Source: Catajapyx aquilonaris
Lineage: Eukaryota
NCBI GenBank assembly: GCA_000934665.2
Contig: KZ538535.1
Coordinates: forward strand, 1 to 64,000
Length of the DNA stretch: 64,000 nucleotides
Reading direction: 5' to 3'
Shown: positions 25,822 through 37,425 of the stretch, one piece after another
Layout: each line of letters opens with the position of its first letter
Position numbering within the stretch: position 1 is the stretch's first letter
Translations under genes and position numbers: made by a program
The notes under the pieces: generated by a model
Told to the model about the DNA's origin: nothing
Seen by the model: the letters and a program-made list of their open reading frames with translations, nothing else
Database searches by the model: none

Positions 25822-26008
25822 GCAAACTCGTAGGCTCGTATAGGCAAACTCGCAGGCTCGTATAGACAAACTCGCAGGCTCGTATAGGCAAACTCGCATG
25901 CTCGTATAGGCAAACTCGCATGCTTGTATAGGCAAACTCGCAGGCTCGTATAGGCAAACTCGCAGGCTCGTATAGGCAAACTCGCAGGCTCGTATAGGCA
26001 AACTCGTA
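25822..26008. repeat. 22-bp minisatellite (~8.5 copies)
   Basis: Unit GGCAAACTCGCAGGCTCGTATA with occasional substitutions. Confidence 0.95.
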
Positions 26009-26973
26009 GGATGGCTGAAGATTCAGATCCTGTTGATAGTTGGGAGTTAGGATTCGTAGACACAACTGGACTTCGGTCTCGAGTGTGTCAAAGTGGCGAA
26101 GTTGGCTTCGGAATATTGATGAGGATCTGGCCGTGCTGGGGGTAGTCGGAACCAACCCTTGCGAAGGGTCCGATAAGTGATGGCTGGGCGTCATCTCCGA
26201 TAACTTCAAGGATTCTTTAGGGAAGGCATTCACTTGTCATAGTTCAGTAGTTAATTAAAGTTATCATCTACCTGACACCTAAGCTAGTGTTTGCACGAAC
26301 TATTTGCACTCATTTCCGAAGTTGGCGGAAAATGGTTTATGCAATTATTGTGCATAATCAATTCATTAAGAGTACTTATTGTATAAAAGTGTTCACCTGT
26401 AACTCGGATCACATTGTCCTTTATCCAAATTTCCATTCTCTGTCTGCATTGACGAGTCGACGAAGGCTCCCAAATTATTCACTTAATTTCCATATTCCAA
26501 TAACTTAACTTTGAGTCAAAGCAGTCAAATTATCAATCGAGGTACAGAAGACTCATTTATTTCCCCATGCATTCCGAGTGTCCCAAAGTCAACTCAGATT
26601 CTTATCTTTGGAAATTGGTTAGGTTTTCTACCCTATGGATCTGAGATTACTTGGAGCACCCGGTGATGTGCAATAGAGTGTCAGTATAGTGACAAATCAG
26701 CCAGTGTTTTTATATCTTCCCACACCCTACCGTCCAACTACCCATATCACTCTTCGTTTTCTTCTGTCTGACTTCCCCAACCGACAGGTCTAAAGGAAAG
26801 CAATGGTGTCGACCAGAGATACTAGTTGCGCGAGAAAAATGGCTACCTTGGTAGTGTTACTGAGATTGGAGCCATCTGGAAAAGCCCAGGCGAAATGGCA
26901 CCGAGCATACGTTCAGACATTGGTGCAAGGGGATGTCCGGCAGCGTCTGTTGGTGGATGTGCATGTCGAGTTA

Positions 26974-27074
26974 CAATGGAGAGTTGCCTCTCGCGAGACG
27001 CAGCTGGGGCTGATCTCGCGAGGATTCAAATCTAAGGTGCCGTAACAATGATCCGATGCTCATTTACACACTTT
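26974..27074 (+). repeat. Unclassified dispersed repeat; inverted partner at ~57409-57511
   Basis: GACGCAGCTG...TCTCGCG(A/G)GGATTCAAATCTAAGGT(G/A)CC(G/A)TAACAATG(A/C)TCCGATGCTC is shared, in reverse complement, with the distal copy. Confidence 0.8.
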
Positions 27075-27324
27075 AGAATAAAATTAGGCCAAACTCGTGC
27101 TTCCAAAATCATAATACTAAACTGTATCAAATGCCCTCTCAAAGACATGCAATGAGCAAATATCCTTGAGGCATGCAATGTCATTTGTCACAACATAGGA
27201 TTGCATTATATACACGATTATGATTTAACCGTACTTGGCACATATTTGATAAGTGCTGCAGCCAAACATTGGTGTGGACACGAATTCTTTTGTATACCCT
27301 ATGAGTTCCTCTATAGTAAGACCT

Positions 27325-27480
27325 CTTTCAGAAAGAGACGTAGCGTATGATGACGTTTCATAATGCACCAATCAGAGGCACGATCAGATGGGATACTTGA
27401 AGCTCATTGGGGGGAGGAAGAGGATCGTGCCTGTGATTGGTGCTTTATGAAACGTCATCATACAAGTCTCTTTCTGAAAG
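27325..27480. mobile_element. Foldback MITE with ~60-bp arms
   Basis: CTTTCAGAAAGAGAC...TATGATGACGTTTCATAA.GCACCAATCA.AGGCACGATC and its reverse complement around a ~37-nt spacer. Confidence 0.85.
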
Positions 27481-28109
27481 TGGTAATACCGGGTCATGCT
27501 GTACTTCACTGCGTGGCACACATTAGTTGCATTTACCAGATATACGAACAGAGTAACGAGTGTCTACAATATTTGGGCAATATTACTTCAAAAGCGACAG
27601 CTGCAACAGTGTTTTTCATGGCGGCTTGTGCTATTTTAATTTTGTGGTCCTGCATGAAGTAACAGCTCTTCCCATCTTCTGGAATATATCCTCCTCACCA
27701 TGCCTCACAAAATGAAATCATATTCCAGAGCTCAATTAGATTATTAAGTTCATATCCGATCTATTACGGAACCCTTTGTGAACCAGAATCGAGTTGACAA
27801 AGCTACACGCATCAACCGGATATCAATATACCTCACCTGCAAGACACATAAGCGCAGGCACGATTGAAGACATTGTATCGAAAGTTCTACAGGAAGCTTT
27901 TAAGACATTTGAGAAAAGTCAACTGTTACGACATGTATTGATGAAATCGTCAGCAGATTCAGTGAGCTTCAGTAGTAACCGCTTACAAAAAAAAACTGCT
28001 TTACAAAGCAGTTTTTACGAAAGTTGTTTAAACAAAGACACTAAGTAATGAAAGTACTGAAAGTAGCTCCGTGACGTTTTATACTTTTATTTTATCTATT
28101 TTATATTAA

Positions 28110-28465
28110 AACATCATGTATAAATACTTGGGAGTTCCAATTGCTGCATAAACAAGTACGGCCATAGTGACAAAAGGGATATCCGCGATATCCGCGGTAT
28201 GTGACCCACAATAGTAAACTTGAAGGTGAGGGATATAAAAAGGGCGTTCAAATTGTTAGATACTAAAATAATACCAGTTGGAACATACCGTGCCGCGGTT
28301 TGGGCACTGGACCGAACACATGAAATAGAAAGAATTCAAACTTATTTTATAAAGAAATTTCTCACATTGCCTCGCAATGCCGCAGGTTATTTTGTACGTA
28401 TGGAAACAGGAAGGAGAAATATCTAGATAAACATATTCAAACAGCTAATTAAATTCTTACAGAAG
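28110..28465 (+). mobile_element. Non-LTR retrotransposon (LINE) fragment, C-terminal end of the reverse transcriptase region
   Basis: YKYLGV at ~28118, followed by FKLLDTKIIPVGTYRAAVWA...IERIQTYFIKKFLTLP......VRMETGR. This fits the LF...V.P...YG..VWG...IE.VQ..F.K..L....V..ELGR pattern of LINE ORF2. Clade not assigned. Confidence 0.75.
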
Positions 28466-28660
28466 AGTCAGGCTGTGTTGTTGACTCACCTGACTGTGTT
28501 CCGCGCCATCTGTTTAAGCTTTAAAGCAGATCGCAGAGGCAGAAAAAAAAAACAGTTTGTCTCCAAAAGCAGCTTTTCCTCAAACTCAAAGCAGTGTATG
28601 TACTGCTTTTTTTCTTAAGCAGCTTTTAAAAAGCTGCTTAGCTTTTTTGGGCCCAACACT

Positions 28661-28725
28661 ATGATGGAGTCATGATGGAGTCATGATGGAGTCATGATGG
28701 AGTCATGATGGAGTCATGATGGAGT
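28661..28725. repeat. 11-bp tandem repeat (ATGATGGAGTC), about 6 copies
   Basis: Perfect tandem copies read directly. Confidence 0.95.
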
Positions 28726-29047
28726 AGGAGTTGCTTATCATATATTTATAATCATCTTATGAACTATACATTCTCTTTCTGATAGTCATATGTTATAATA
28801 ATGCTACTGTTCCGGGTGAAATTAATATAACCCGGAAGGTATAAACCTCAAGAACAATTTATTTCAGTCGTGTAATCAATCATCATTATTGTCATCATTA
28901 ATGTCATATAATCTGAGTCCGTGATCCATTTTCATTTTCCTCGGTAATATGGAGAGGTATAACCGTTCTTAGCTACGCCAATAATGAGGCCTTTTTCTTT
29001 ATTGAACACAAGGTAATGTTACATGCCACAAGAAAGCTGTTTCCAGG

Positions 29048-29095
29048 CGCAACCCTATGAGCGTCACGTCGCGACGTGACGCTCATAGGGTTGCG
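29048..29095. repeat. Perfect 48-bp palindrome with no spacer
   Basis: CGCAACCCTATGAGCGTCACGTCG|CGACGTGACGCTCATAGGGTTGCG. Confidence 0.95.
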
Positions 29096-30521
29096 ATTGG
29101 TTCAGAACAATTTGCGACAGTGGAAAGTTATGGCATTTTCTAAATAAAGCACTATATCTCCCAGCCATAACTGGAATTTATGGCTATTCGCTGGCGCCAC
29201 ACTCGCATTAACCTCATGACTCCAACAGTTTAAAACGGACTTAAGACCATTTGCCCCCATTTTTTTCAGTTATGCAGTTTAGACTATCGATCGTGTGTTA
29301 AAAACTAATCAAAAAAGTACTTCCATTACCTGCAGAATGTGCGAAAGAGATCAAATAGCTACCTTGCTAACAAGTTACCTGCGCTAAGGTCCGAATAGGG
29401 GTCACTCAGATGGGTCATTGTCTGCGTGTAGGGGAAAAGGAGCAATGAAAAATCCGTTGGTTACTGACACCGTGGCGAGAGCACAGCTTGCAAGGAATTT
29501 ATGGACCTAGGCTTGGTTAGAAACTAATTAGAGATGCCTGGAAATGGCTTGCAGCAAATGAAGTGCACGTTCCTGACTTCCAGAAACTAGGGAGGGCTTA
29601 GCATTCCAGGAATCTTCGCCTTACTTTGATGGAATGTTTACTGGTAAGCTGAGTATGAAATAATGAAATTGGTCCTCCTGATTTCCAATATCACTTTTTT
29701 ATTGTTGGTAGTGCTGGAGATTCTGATGGCTAAGAAGAACCGTCTTGATAGATGGCATTCAAGGTTTTGCAAGGAACGCTATTGTAAATAGCCTGTGTAC
29801 ACCGGGAGATGCAGGATGATTAGGAGGTTTCCTTCCTGGCTTTTCTGAAATGAAATTAATTAAATTATGCCGCTCGCCGCCATACTGTGGCCACTCTGCA
29901 AGCGCTCGCTGTGAACTTTGCAACTATTTAGCGGAAGTGGTAACAATGCGTCTACCGTCACAAACTGGGCTGGCACTGATTAGTGAAGCGTATAACATCA
30001 CCAATATTCCGACCTAGTTTGAAACTCGGATTCGGCGTCAAACTTCTGCAGAAGCCTTACGTGCCACATACGAGGGGAAATGAATATGTCATACGCTACC
30101 TGGACCAACGGGAAATCTATACAGCATCATATGTGTGAGGAACAATCGTGTGCTCAGATTGTGGTTGTTTCAAATTTGTATGTCAATCAATGTCCTCAAT
30201 GGCTCGCTAATTCTTTTGTATAGGAAAATGTGATTGTTTTAGTTTGCATATTTTCATTTTAAAATGAACTCCAACATAAAACAGGCTCAAAGTGTGCCAT
30301 ATTTTATTTCAAAATTCCCAGCTAGGGACACATAACAAACCACATCACACAGCGCTCATTTTGAATTTGAAGGCAATCCTGATGGCAGAGATACGCCTGG
30401 ATGGTTGACAAACATGGCAAAGGGATCCAAACCGCTATTACCTCCTGGGAGTGACCGATGCGTCCCTACCGCTGCAACTTACCCTGCACGGTCCTAACAC
30501 ACAAATCCGTTGGTATTACAG

Positions 30522-30731
30522 GTCGTCCCAGACCGCGTGTCACATGGTGGCGAGAGACCTCCCTGATCGACGACTCCTTCGAAGCTAGCACCGGTTCGGC
30601 CGCAATTGTCCGCAACACATTGACCCTGACCCGTCTGGAACGCCGTGACCTCCACGCCCGTCTGACCTGCCAAGCGACCAACAACAACATCTCAATCCCA
30701 ATCTCCATGACCGTCACTCTCGACATGAACT
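30522..30731 (+). CDS. Internal coding exon (phase 1/1) of the same Sidestep-family Ig protein; C-terminal part of Ig domain 2
   Basis: Acceptor ttacag and donor gtgagt; 210 nt. Encodes (G)[69 protein letters not shown], which contains the Ig core Trp, the second Cys and the Side-type N.L.I..L.R.DL...LTCQA.N...V.LDMN motif. Confidence 0.92.
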
Positions 30732-33099
30732 GTGAGTACCTTCTTGCTCTTTTGTCGCAACATATGACCACGTGTCCCCATGTGAGAAACGATAGTGTTT
30801 TTAGCAGTTCCACTCCAGGGTGTGTAAGCCTCACTCCCCTAGCCAAAGCTAGGCCTTTCTGCATGACCTGCTCCCAAGCCCACGTTTGATGTGGGCGCCT
30901 GGAAAGCGGAGTATAAAGCTCAAATCACTATATTTATTCGTGGCCACTCTAACAGTGTGCTGTACTAGATGGGCTTTGAAATCAGGATGAAAAGCCCCCT
31001 CCCTCTCTACCCGCCCCATCCCCAGCCATCACCCACCATTTGAAAGGCCTAAGGCGCCTTCGCAAGTGGCAGACTTACGGCCATGTGATTTGTTATGACA
31101 AATGCAATCACTCTACTCCGAGGCTACGCGTTTTACTGAATTAGAGGCATACATATCCCTTCGAACCTTTTTGCAAGTTGGGACTGCCTGTGTGCCGTGT
31201 AAACTCCAAAGTGATGTGTATCCAGGAAGGGAGGCCTATATCTACCGCAACACTCTTTTCATTCCAACACATCATATTGCAGGAAAATCCATGCTTATAT
31301 AACTAATAGGAGCGTAGCTGTTCTTACCGGTTCCGTCACAGTTCGCCCGATGCACATTCGCCCGATGTGTAGAACTGTTCTACACATCTGACGAATTGGT
31401 ATGATACCGTTCTTAACATGAGGGTGAGGCGCGATTGAAAAAAAAAAACTGACGTACTTTTTGAACCTTTGTCGGTAGTGGGAATATGAGTTTACAGGGT
31501 AGGGTACTCATCGAAGTTATATGTCCGCTCCCGTAACTAAACTGCAAGGTAACGCTTGCAGTATGACACATCCAGTGCTCTTTAATTGCTCAGAATTCCT
31601 GTAACAATTACACAGGATTCCGGGAGCGCTGATTACCCCTCTGTACATAATAGCAAAGCGTGAAATAAACTGAATCGCCTTTCTCATGCCTCGATGCGCC
31701 ATTGAGGAAGGCAATCATACAAGAGCGAGCCATTGAAGCGATTAAAGGGTTGGCGGTAATTAGTGAATTCTGTGTGACATTCCGTCGAGGAGCTTTTGCC
31801 TGAAACCCTTGTCTGCGATTGCTCAAAATTCCATTCCAAGAACTTTAAAGCGCAGCCCCAGGTCTCCCTCCTGCTTTTTTTTCTTATTTTCTCCAAAAAG
31901 TCTTCCTCATGCTTCAAAGCTCTCTCTTTCATCATCAACTTGACTAATCACCTTTGCTTCACACGTTTATTAGCATTGATATTTCACTGGTTGGTATGCC
32001 AACCTGCGCACTTTCTTATTTAAATGTTAACCTTCCATCATCTGCATATTTTTTTTGACGATAAAAAGAAATTGTTGAAACCTGCAATATTGGGAGTCGC
32101 TGCTGACTTTCGATTTGCTGTGTAGGAGTGGCACGTTATTGACCTGGCGTGTCAATCTAAGCTCTATTCAACTCCAGATAGCAATATATTCGTCTACACC
32201 TAAACAGAGAGTTACTTTGCACACTACCGCTGCGCTGCTGTGAGTTCACTTCGTAGCTTTTCTTTTATTTTGTTTCAAACTGCATGGTTGCACATGGGTA
32301 CTTCGTGCTACCAAATGCAGAATGATGCTTCTAAAACGTTTGCTGAGGACATAATTCCGCATTCAGGTTGTCGAGATATTGGGCTTGCCATTTGGGCCTA
32401 TCCAATAAATGGATTGCACTTTCGGCCCTGAGTCTGACACACACTTGAAGTCGCCGATAGTCGTCCAGATCTAACAGCTATTTGCTCCAAGCGGTAACCC
32501 TACACCTTCAACACGCTTTAAACTTGAAAGTGGCACCTGTCTTTTGATTCTCGTGCGACATGCCAGGGGGCAGTGGTTTAACTGTTCATGGTGGACTGTG
32601 TAGTGTGGGTATTGGTTGGCATTCGCGTGATTTTGATATTAACTAGCGTGCAGGTGCATGTTATATTTAAGTATTGTTATGGTCGGGTGAAACATATTGG
32701 GGTATATTATGCATAATGTACACTTGGAAATAATATTAGGCACTGCTTCAGCTATGAAAATCATAATATGAAACATATTCATTGAGATACAAGTACTTCT
32801 ACGAACCATTGAAATTTATTCAGATTAGTCACCTCCGAATTGGCTGGCAAGTATTCCATGCAATCTGTAATATTATGAACAGTTCATCAAATACTGTATT
32901 TTAACTATCCGTATAAAAGTTACGACTCCCTGCAAAATAGCAATAGTTTAGTATTTTAATATTAGGATGACAAATACACACCGTATTATCAAATGGAACT
33001 GTCCGTACTACTGTAACGAGACTTGAGCTGTGACTGGAGAGAAACAATATTATAAGTATAAAGTATCTACGAGTTTTTCCAAGTGCTAATGATAAGTTA

Positions 33100-33306
33100 C
33101 CGTCAATTGGGGTGAGATTGTGCCAGCGCATATTTGGACAACAGTGCGCCCTACTGGCAGAAAGCGAATTTAGGCATGTTTTACTACATTGAGGGATGGT
33201 CAAGGTTGGAAATGACGAGTAAAATTCGCGGTAGGGCGCACTGTTGTCCAAAAAATGAGCTGGCACAAACTCACCCCACCCGACAAAATCTCACCCCAAT
33301 TGACGG
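33100..33306. mobile_element. TA-flanked MITE (Tc1/mariner/pogo-like) with a partly duplicated right TIR
   Basis: TIR CCGTCAATTGGGGTGAGATT / AATCTCACCCCAATTGACGG with TA at 33098-33099 and 33307-33308. Long internal inverted arms (TTTGGACAACAGTGCGCCCTAC). Confidence 0.85.
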
Positions 33307-36300
33307 TATATGTTTATCGGTGGCTTTCCTTCATTCATGCTAATTTTGTATATATTTTACGGTCAAAATTATTCCATGTTATGTATCTGTTGGAAGAAAA
33401 GGCTTTCACCAGGCAATGGGGGGAAAACTATATTGAGTGGTGTGAATAACTCATAATCGACAAAATAAATGTGTTTCACTTGTAAGTCGACGATAATTAT
33501 GTTTTGAAAATTATCCTCGGTGCGTGGTATCGTCAACATCTTTACTGTAGCTCAATTATTGTGAAATATCGAAGCAGGTAATAGATTGTAGTTTAGATCA
33601 TATCTGCGCTTAATCTGATTAGTAATAAATGTCCCTGATTGCCTCGGTAATAGTGTAGTAAATATACCTGAAAGAGCTGATACAGCAATGAACATACAGT
33701 ATCTTTTTATGCCGTGTTGTTGAGGGAAGAGTGCTCTTGGCCAAAACAAACATTTACTATACATAGCAATATTAACTACAAATATTAGTAAAACTTTGTT
33801 ATTATTCCAGATTAATTGCATTAATTACAATGACAAAGCAGCATGGTTCTTACCCAGTACTACAACCTAACATCCATGAGTCCACACAGTCGATTAGGCG
33901 TTAGAAGCTTTTCCATGACGTAATTCAGGCCTGTTGTAGGAAATTACGGAACGTTCAATTGAGTGCGATGCGGTAACCCACGGCCATCATTCCAACATTC
34001 CATGTGTATAGTACCGTGCAGTCTACATCATCTGGCCATCTTCACTTTGTATTCCGCCCCATTTGGAAGTCATCGCCACATGTGTCCGCATGCCCATAAT
34101 CTGTTGGTAGATGGGACATGACCTGACTATGACTCCAGCTCGGTGCACAAGACCAGACTATATTATTTTATTTACCAGACCACGTTCGGAATGGGCCTTC
34201 AATCTCGGGGTATCCACCCTCAGTTATGCCTATCAGATTGCGGCACGCACAGGTCTCTTTCATTGGTTCCCAGCCTACTAGAGTCATAATATGCCAGTAT
34301 AGTCTACCACTATACTAGCTGGCACTGGGGACGTGCATTATGCCTACAGTATATGCGGCAGCAGAGCATAATATAAAAGTTTACGAGATTCCCTTCCAGC
34401 GTCGGGCTTTTCCTTACTATCTAAATATTGGAGGTGGCGGACGTGACTTGGGCAAAAGGTCGCTTGTACGGCTTTTTCTCGACATACGAGATACACGGCT
34501 GAAGCATCCGCATTTACGGCGTATTGTACTCATCCTCACAGCCCATTCACATCGCGGCCAGGATGCATCCAGAGATCGCAAGCGGATGATGTATCATTTT
34601 TGCCTGGAAATTGCTAGGCCTATGACGTGGAATTTGATGCAAGGTATGGCCTATAGTCTGTCTTATGTTGTTCTTGTCATGGGAAAGTCCAATGTCGGGC
34701 TCCCATTTGCTGCACAAATAACAGACTGTGATAGCGATGGTTTAAAATGACATCGACGCCCACCCGCTGCACCAGAAGAACAAGAAATCAGCCCAGATAG
34801 TTGGATGGTCTCCGGACTGTCATTTTGGGTCCAGAAGAAGGGGAAAAAAAATTCCATTACCAGGCATGCATGACCATCTCGGCACAGTTTATTCTGGAGT
34901 CTTGGTCAAAAAAGCTAGGAGAAAAGTTGAGAGGGAAGAAGGCATGCAGCCGCTTTCCAACTCGGACACACTCCGTCGCTGCACTGGCTGACTCCCATGA
35001 ACCTTATCGGGAGACGAACAAACCAGTCCTAAAGGGTAATCAAACCGTCCATTTGGGAAAGTCATAAAGTGTCCACACCCGTTTTACAACCCATTTCCTA
35101 CTCCATCGATCTGCATGGCCCTTTCAACCCAACTGCAGATTTCCTTTTTTACTGCCCTCTACTAGGAAAATGGCAATCGATATGGGAATCCTTTACATTG
35201 ATATGATATCGCATGATCGCAACTTGACAACACATCTGTCGCCGCCTGCTCCGTTTTCCAAGCATAAGCAAAACCCAGCGGCCACTGGCCAATAATTAGT
35301 CGAATCGCAGTGTCAGGGCCTGGAGCCAAAATGGCGGCATCAGAATTTGGGGGCGCCTACAAGATGATGCGCTTATCCGCAGATATGTCAAGAGCGGTGT
35401 GCTGGCTTTCAACGAGGAAAACATCCCATTCAATCATCGCATTAGTGTTGAGGCAAGCAATTTCCCGCCGAAAACCGCCTCTCCATTTGGCCTACACGTG
35501 GCACTTGCTCTCTGCGATATTAAAAGAGGGGGGGGCTCAGTGAGAGACACTGTGCGCAAAAAAAAAAGTCATAACCACAAATCTAATTGTTTATTACTCG
35601 GAAATTTATGGTGCATTTTCGCAACTGGAGGTTCAGCCCATTAGCAAATGAATAACTGATAACACCAATTACACACGCATTTCATGGGAAACGACCGACA
35701 GCATCAGGGAAATTCCCGGACATCCTTGTCATCGCTTCATAGTTTCTGCTTCAGGGAGCGGTGTTTTCCACACGATAAATGGAAATTGCCGTCATTATTA
35801 GGTAGCCCGGGTATGGAGTCGCGATGTGTGCAAATATGTACATAGCTAAAGACTCGAAGTTTCCATTGCTTTTAAAAAAAATGGCTTCTCCCCTGACCGT
35901 TACGTGTCGCCCAAATTATGTCGTTTGCTTCGAGTCAGCCGGGCAATATCAGTTGTAAATAAAAAAAAGCGGTCATGTGAAAGTCGCCCAATATTCCCCA
36001 GCGATTGTCTGAGAAATGGCTTCAAATTGAAATCGCGCTCTTGCGGAGATTAGGCTTACAGCTTGGGAATTGGATATGCATGACGCGAAGCAAGCTGAGA
36101 AACTGCGTTACAAGACAGAACTCGAGATATACTGCACAAAGAAACAAAAGGAATTGAAAATTTGGGAGCCAATTTTGGATCCTATATACTCTTTTCCTGC
36201 TTTACAAAAAAAAAATAGGGCATCTGGCTCTATGTTGGGTGCCAAATATTTGAGACGGTTAATTATATTTATGCTGCTCATCTGGGCACATGCAGGCGTG

Positions 36301-37082
36301 TAATATTGGCGTTTAACGTGCCGTGAAATATTGCTGGAAAAATTGATATCCATCGCAGGTGCTGCAGAAGCATAAATTTTCATCCTGGATAATCATAAAG
36401 GTACATAAAAGGTGGGGGCAAAATAACGGTTTCATCTTTCTAGCACCGCTTTCGATACAATGTTCCCGTTGTCAATAGACCGGATTACCCCCCCCCCCCN
36501 CCCCCCCCCCCCCCCCCATCCCACATAGAAATCAATAGTATCGATACAACCTGCTGCAAGTGGCACTTATACACACTCGATGTCAATATTGTCGACATTA
36601 TCCTATTTTTTGCTATGATCACCGGCACTTTTGGTGTACCCATCGATATTGGACAGTATCTAGTTCTAGTAGTGTACCGAGTTTGGTCAACGTATCTATA
36701 GTGTCGTCGACTCGGTGGCTAAGAAAAACTCTAAGATGTGGATGTTTCACGCATGAAAAAAGCGTAGTGATTCATGACCGAACTCAAACCAGCGGAAAAT
36801 AGAAGCACTATATTATTTGAAGCCACCTGGGTTTTCACGGAACTCATAAATCGGGCCCGCTATTTCCAAAGGGCGAAACGAAATCCAATCACTAGACTTT
36901 TCCCGTGACAAATTCCCTTGAAACCCACATCAGTTGGCTCCTCTTTCAACAACAAGGCCATTTTATCCTGACAGTTCAGAGCTAATTGCACGTCACATTT
37001 GTACGGCGGTACAGACGCTCTTCCAGGATGAAATTGTATCAAGGCTTATTCGTACCCCTGCTTATGAGAGTTGCTTGAAATT

Positions 37083-37425
37083 TTTAGTTTAGTTTAGTTT
37101 ACCCCGTGATGACCCTTACGGGTGCTATAGGGGGGTGGCATACCACCATCAGTTTTCTGTATATATTTTCTGCTTCAATCACCGGTGCAAGGAAACAGGG
37201 ACAATGGGAAAGGATAGGGATTTTTGGGGAGGGAACATGGGTGCAATGTCGTAGCTATGGGTCATGTGCTGTTCCCCAGGAGGTTAGGTTGCCAGACACC
37301 TCCTTGGTGCAGGGCAGAGACCCTCCTGACGCAGGTGAAAGGAAAGTTCCCCAGGCGGGGATCGAACCTGGGGCCTTTCACTCAGCAAGTCGAGACGTTA
37401 CCATCTCGGCCATCTACACCTCCCC
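37083..37425 (-). mobile_element. tRNA-derived SINE
   Basis: Minus strand: A box TGGCCGAGATGG, B box GGTTCGATCCC, 3' hairpin ending ATCACGGGGTA, then an (AAACT)n tail. TSD AGTTGCTTG(A/C)AATT at 37069-37082 and 37426-37439. Confidence 0.9.

Larger units (their letters stand above)
24556..30521 (+). other. GT-AG intron (5966 bp) splitting the Ig domain
   Basis: GTGAGC...TTACAG. Joining G|GT restores the GG.P.P motif in frame. Confidence 0.85.

Noticed and set aside
25707..26233. Three repetitive ORFs, or a CRISPR-like array
   Set aside because: Head-to-tail 22-bp units with no unique spacers, no cas genes and a eukaryotic context.
30466..30864. 132-aa minus-strand ORF
   Set aside because: Antisense shadow of exon 30522-30731.
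30458..30889. 143-aa + strand ORF taken as a stand-alone gene
   Set aside because: Only the middle part is Ig-like, and it is bounded by strong splice sites. The rest is intron read-through.
31684..31938. Charged ORF with an NYR motif suggesting a LINE remnant; a similar weak case at 10506-10766
   Set aside because: No ordered reverse transcriptase motifs could be confirmed.
36487..36517. Long C or G homopolymers with single Ns (also ~9103 and ~37730) as G-quadruplex elements
   Set aside because: The Ns show that run lengths are unreliable in this assembly.
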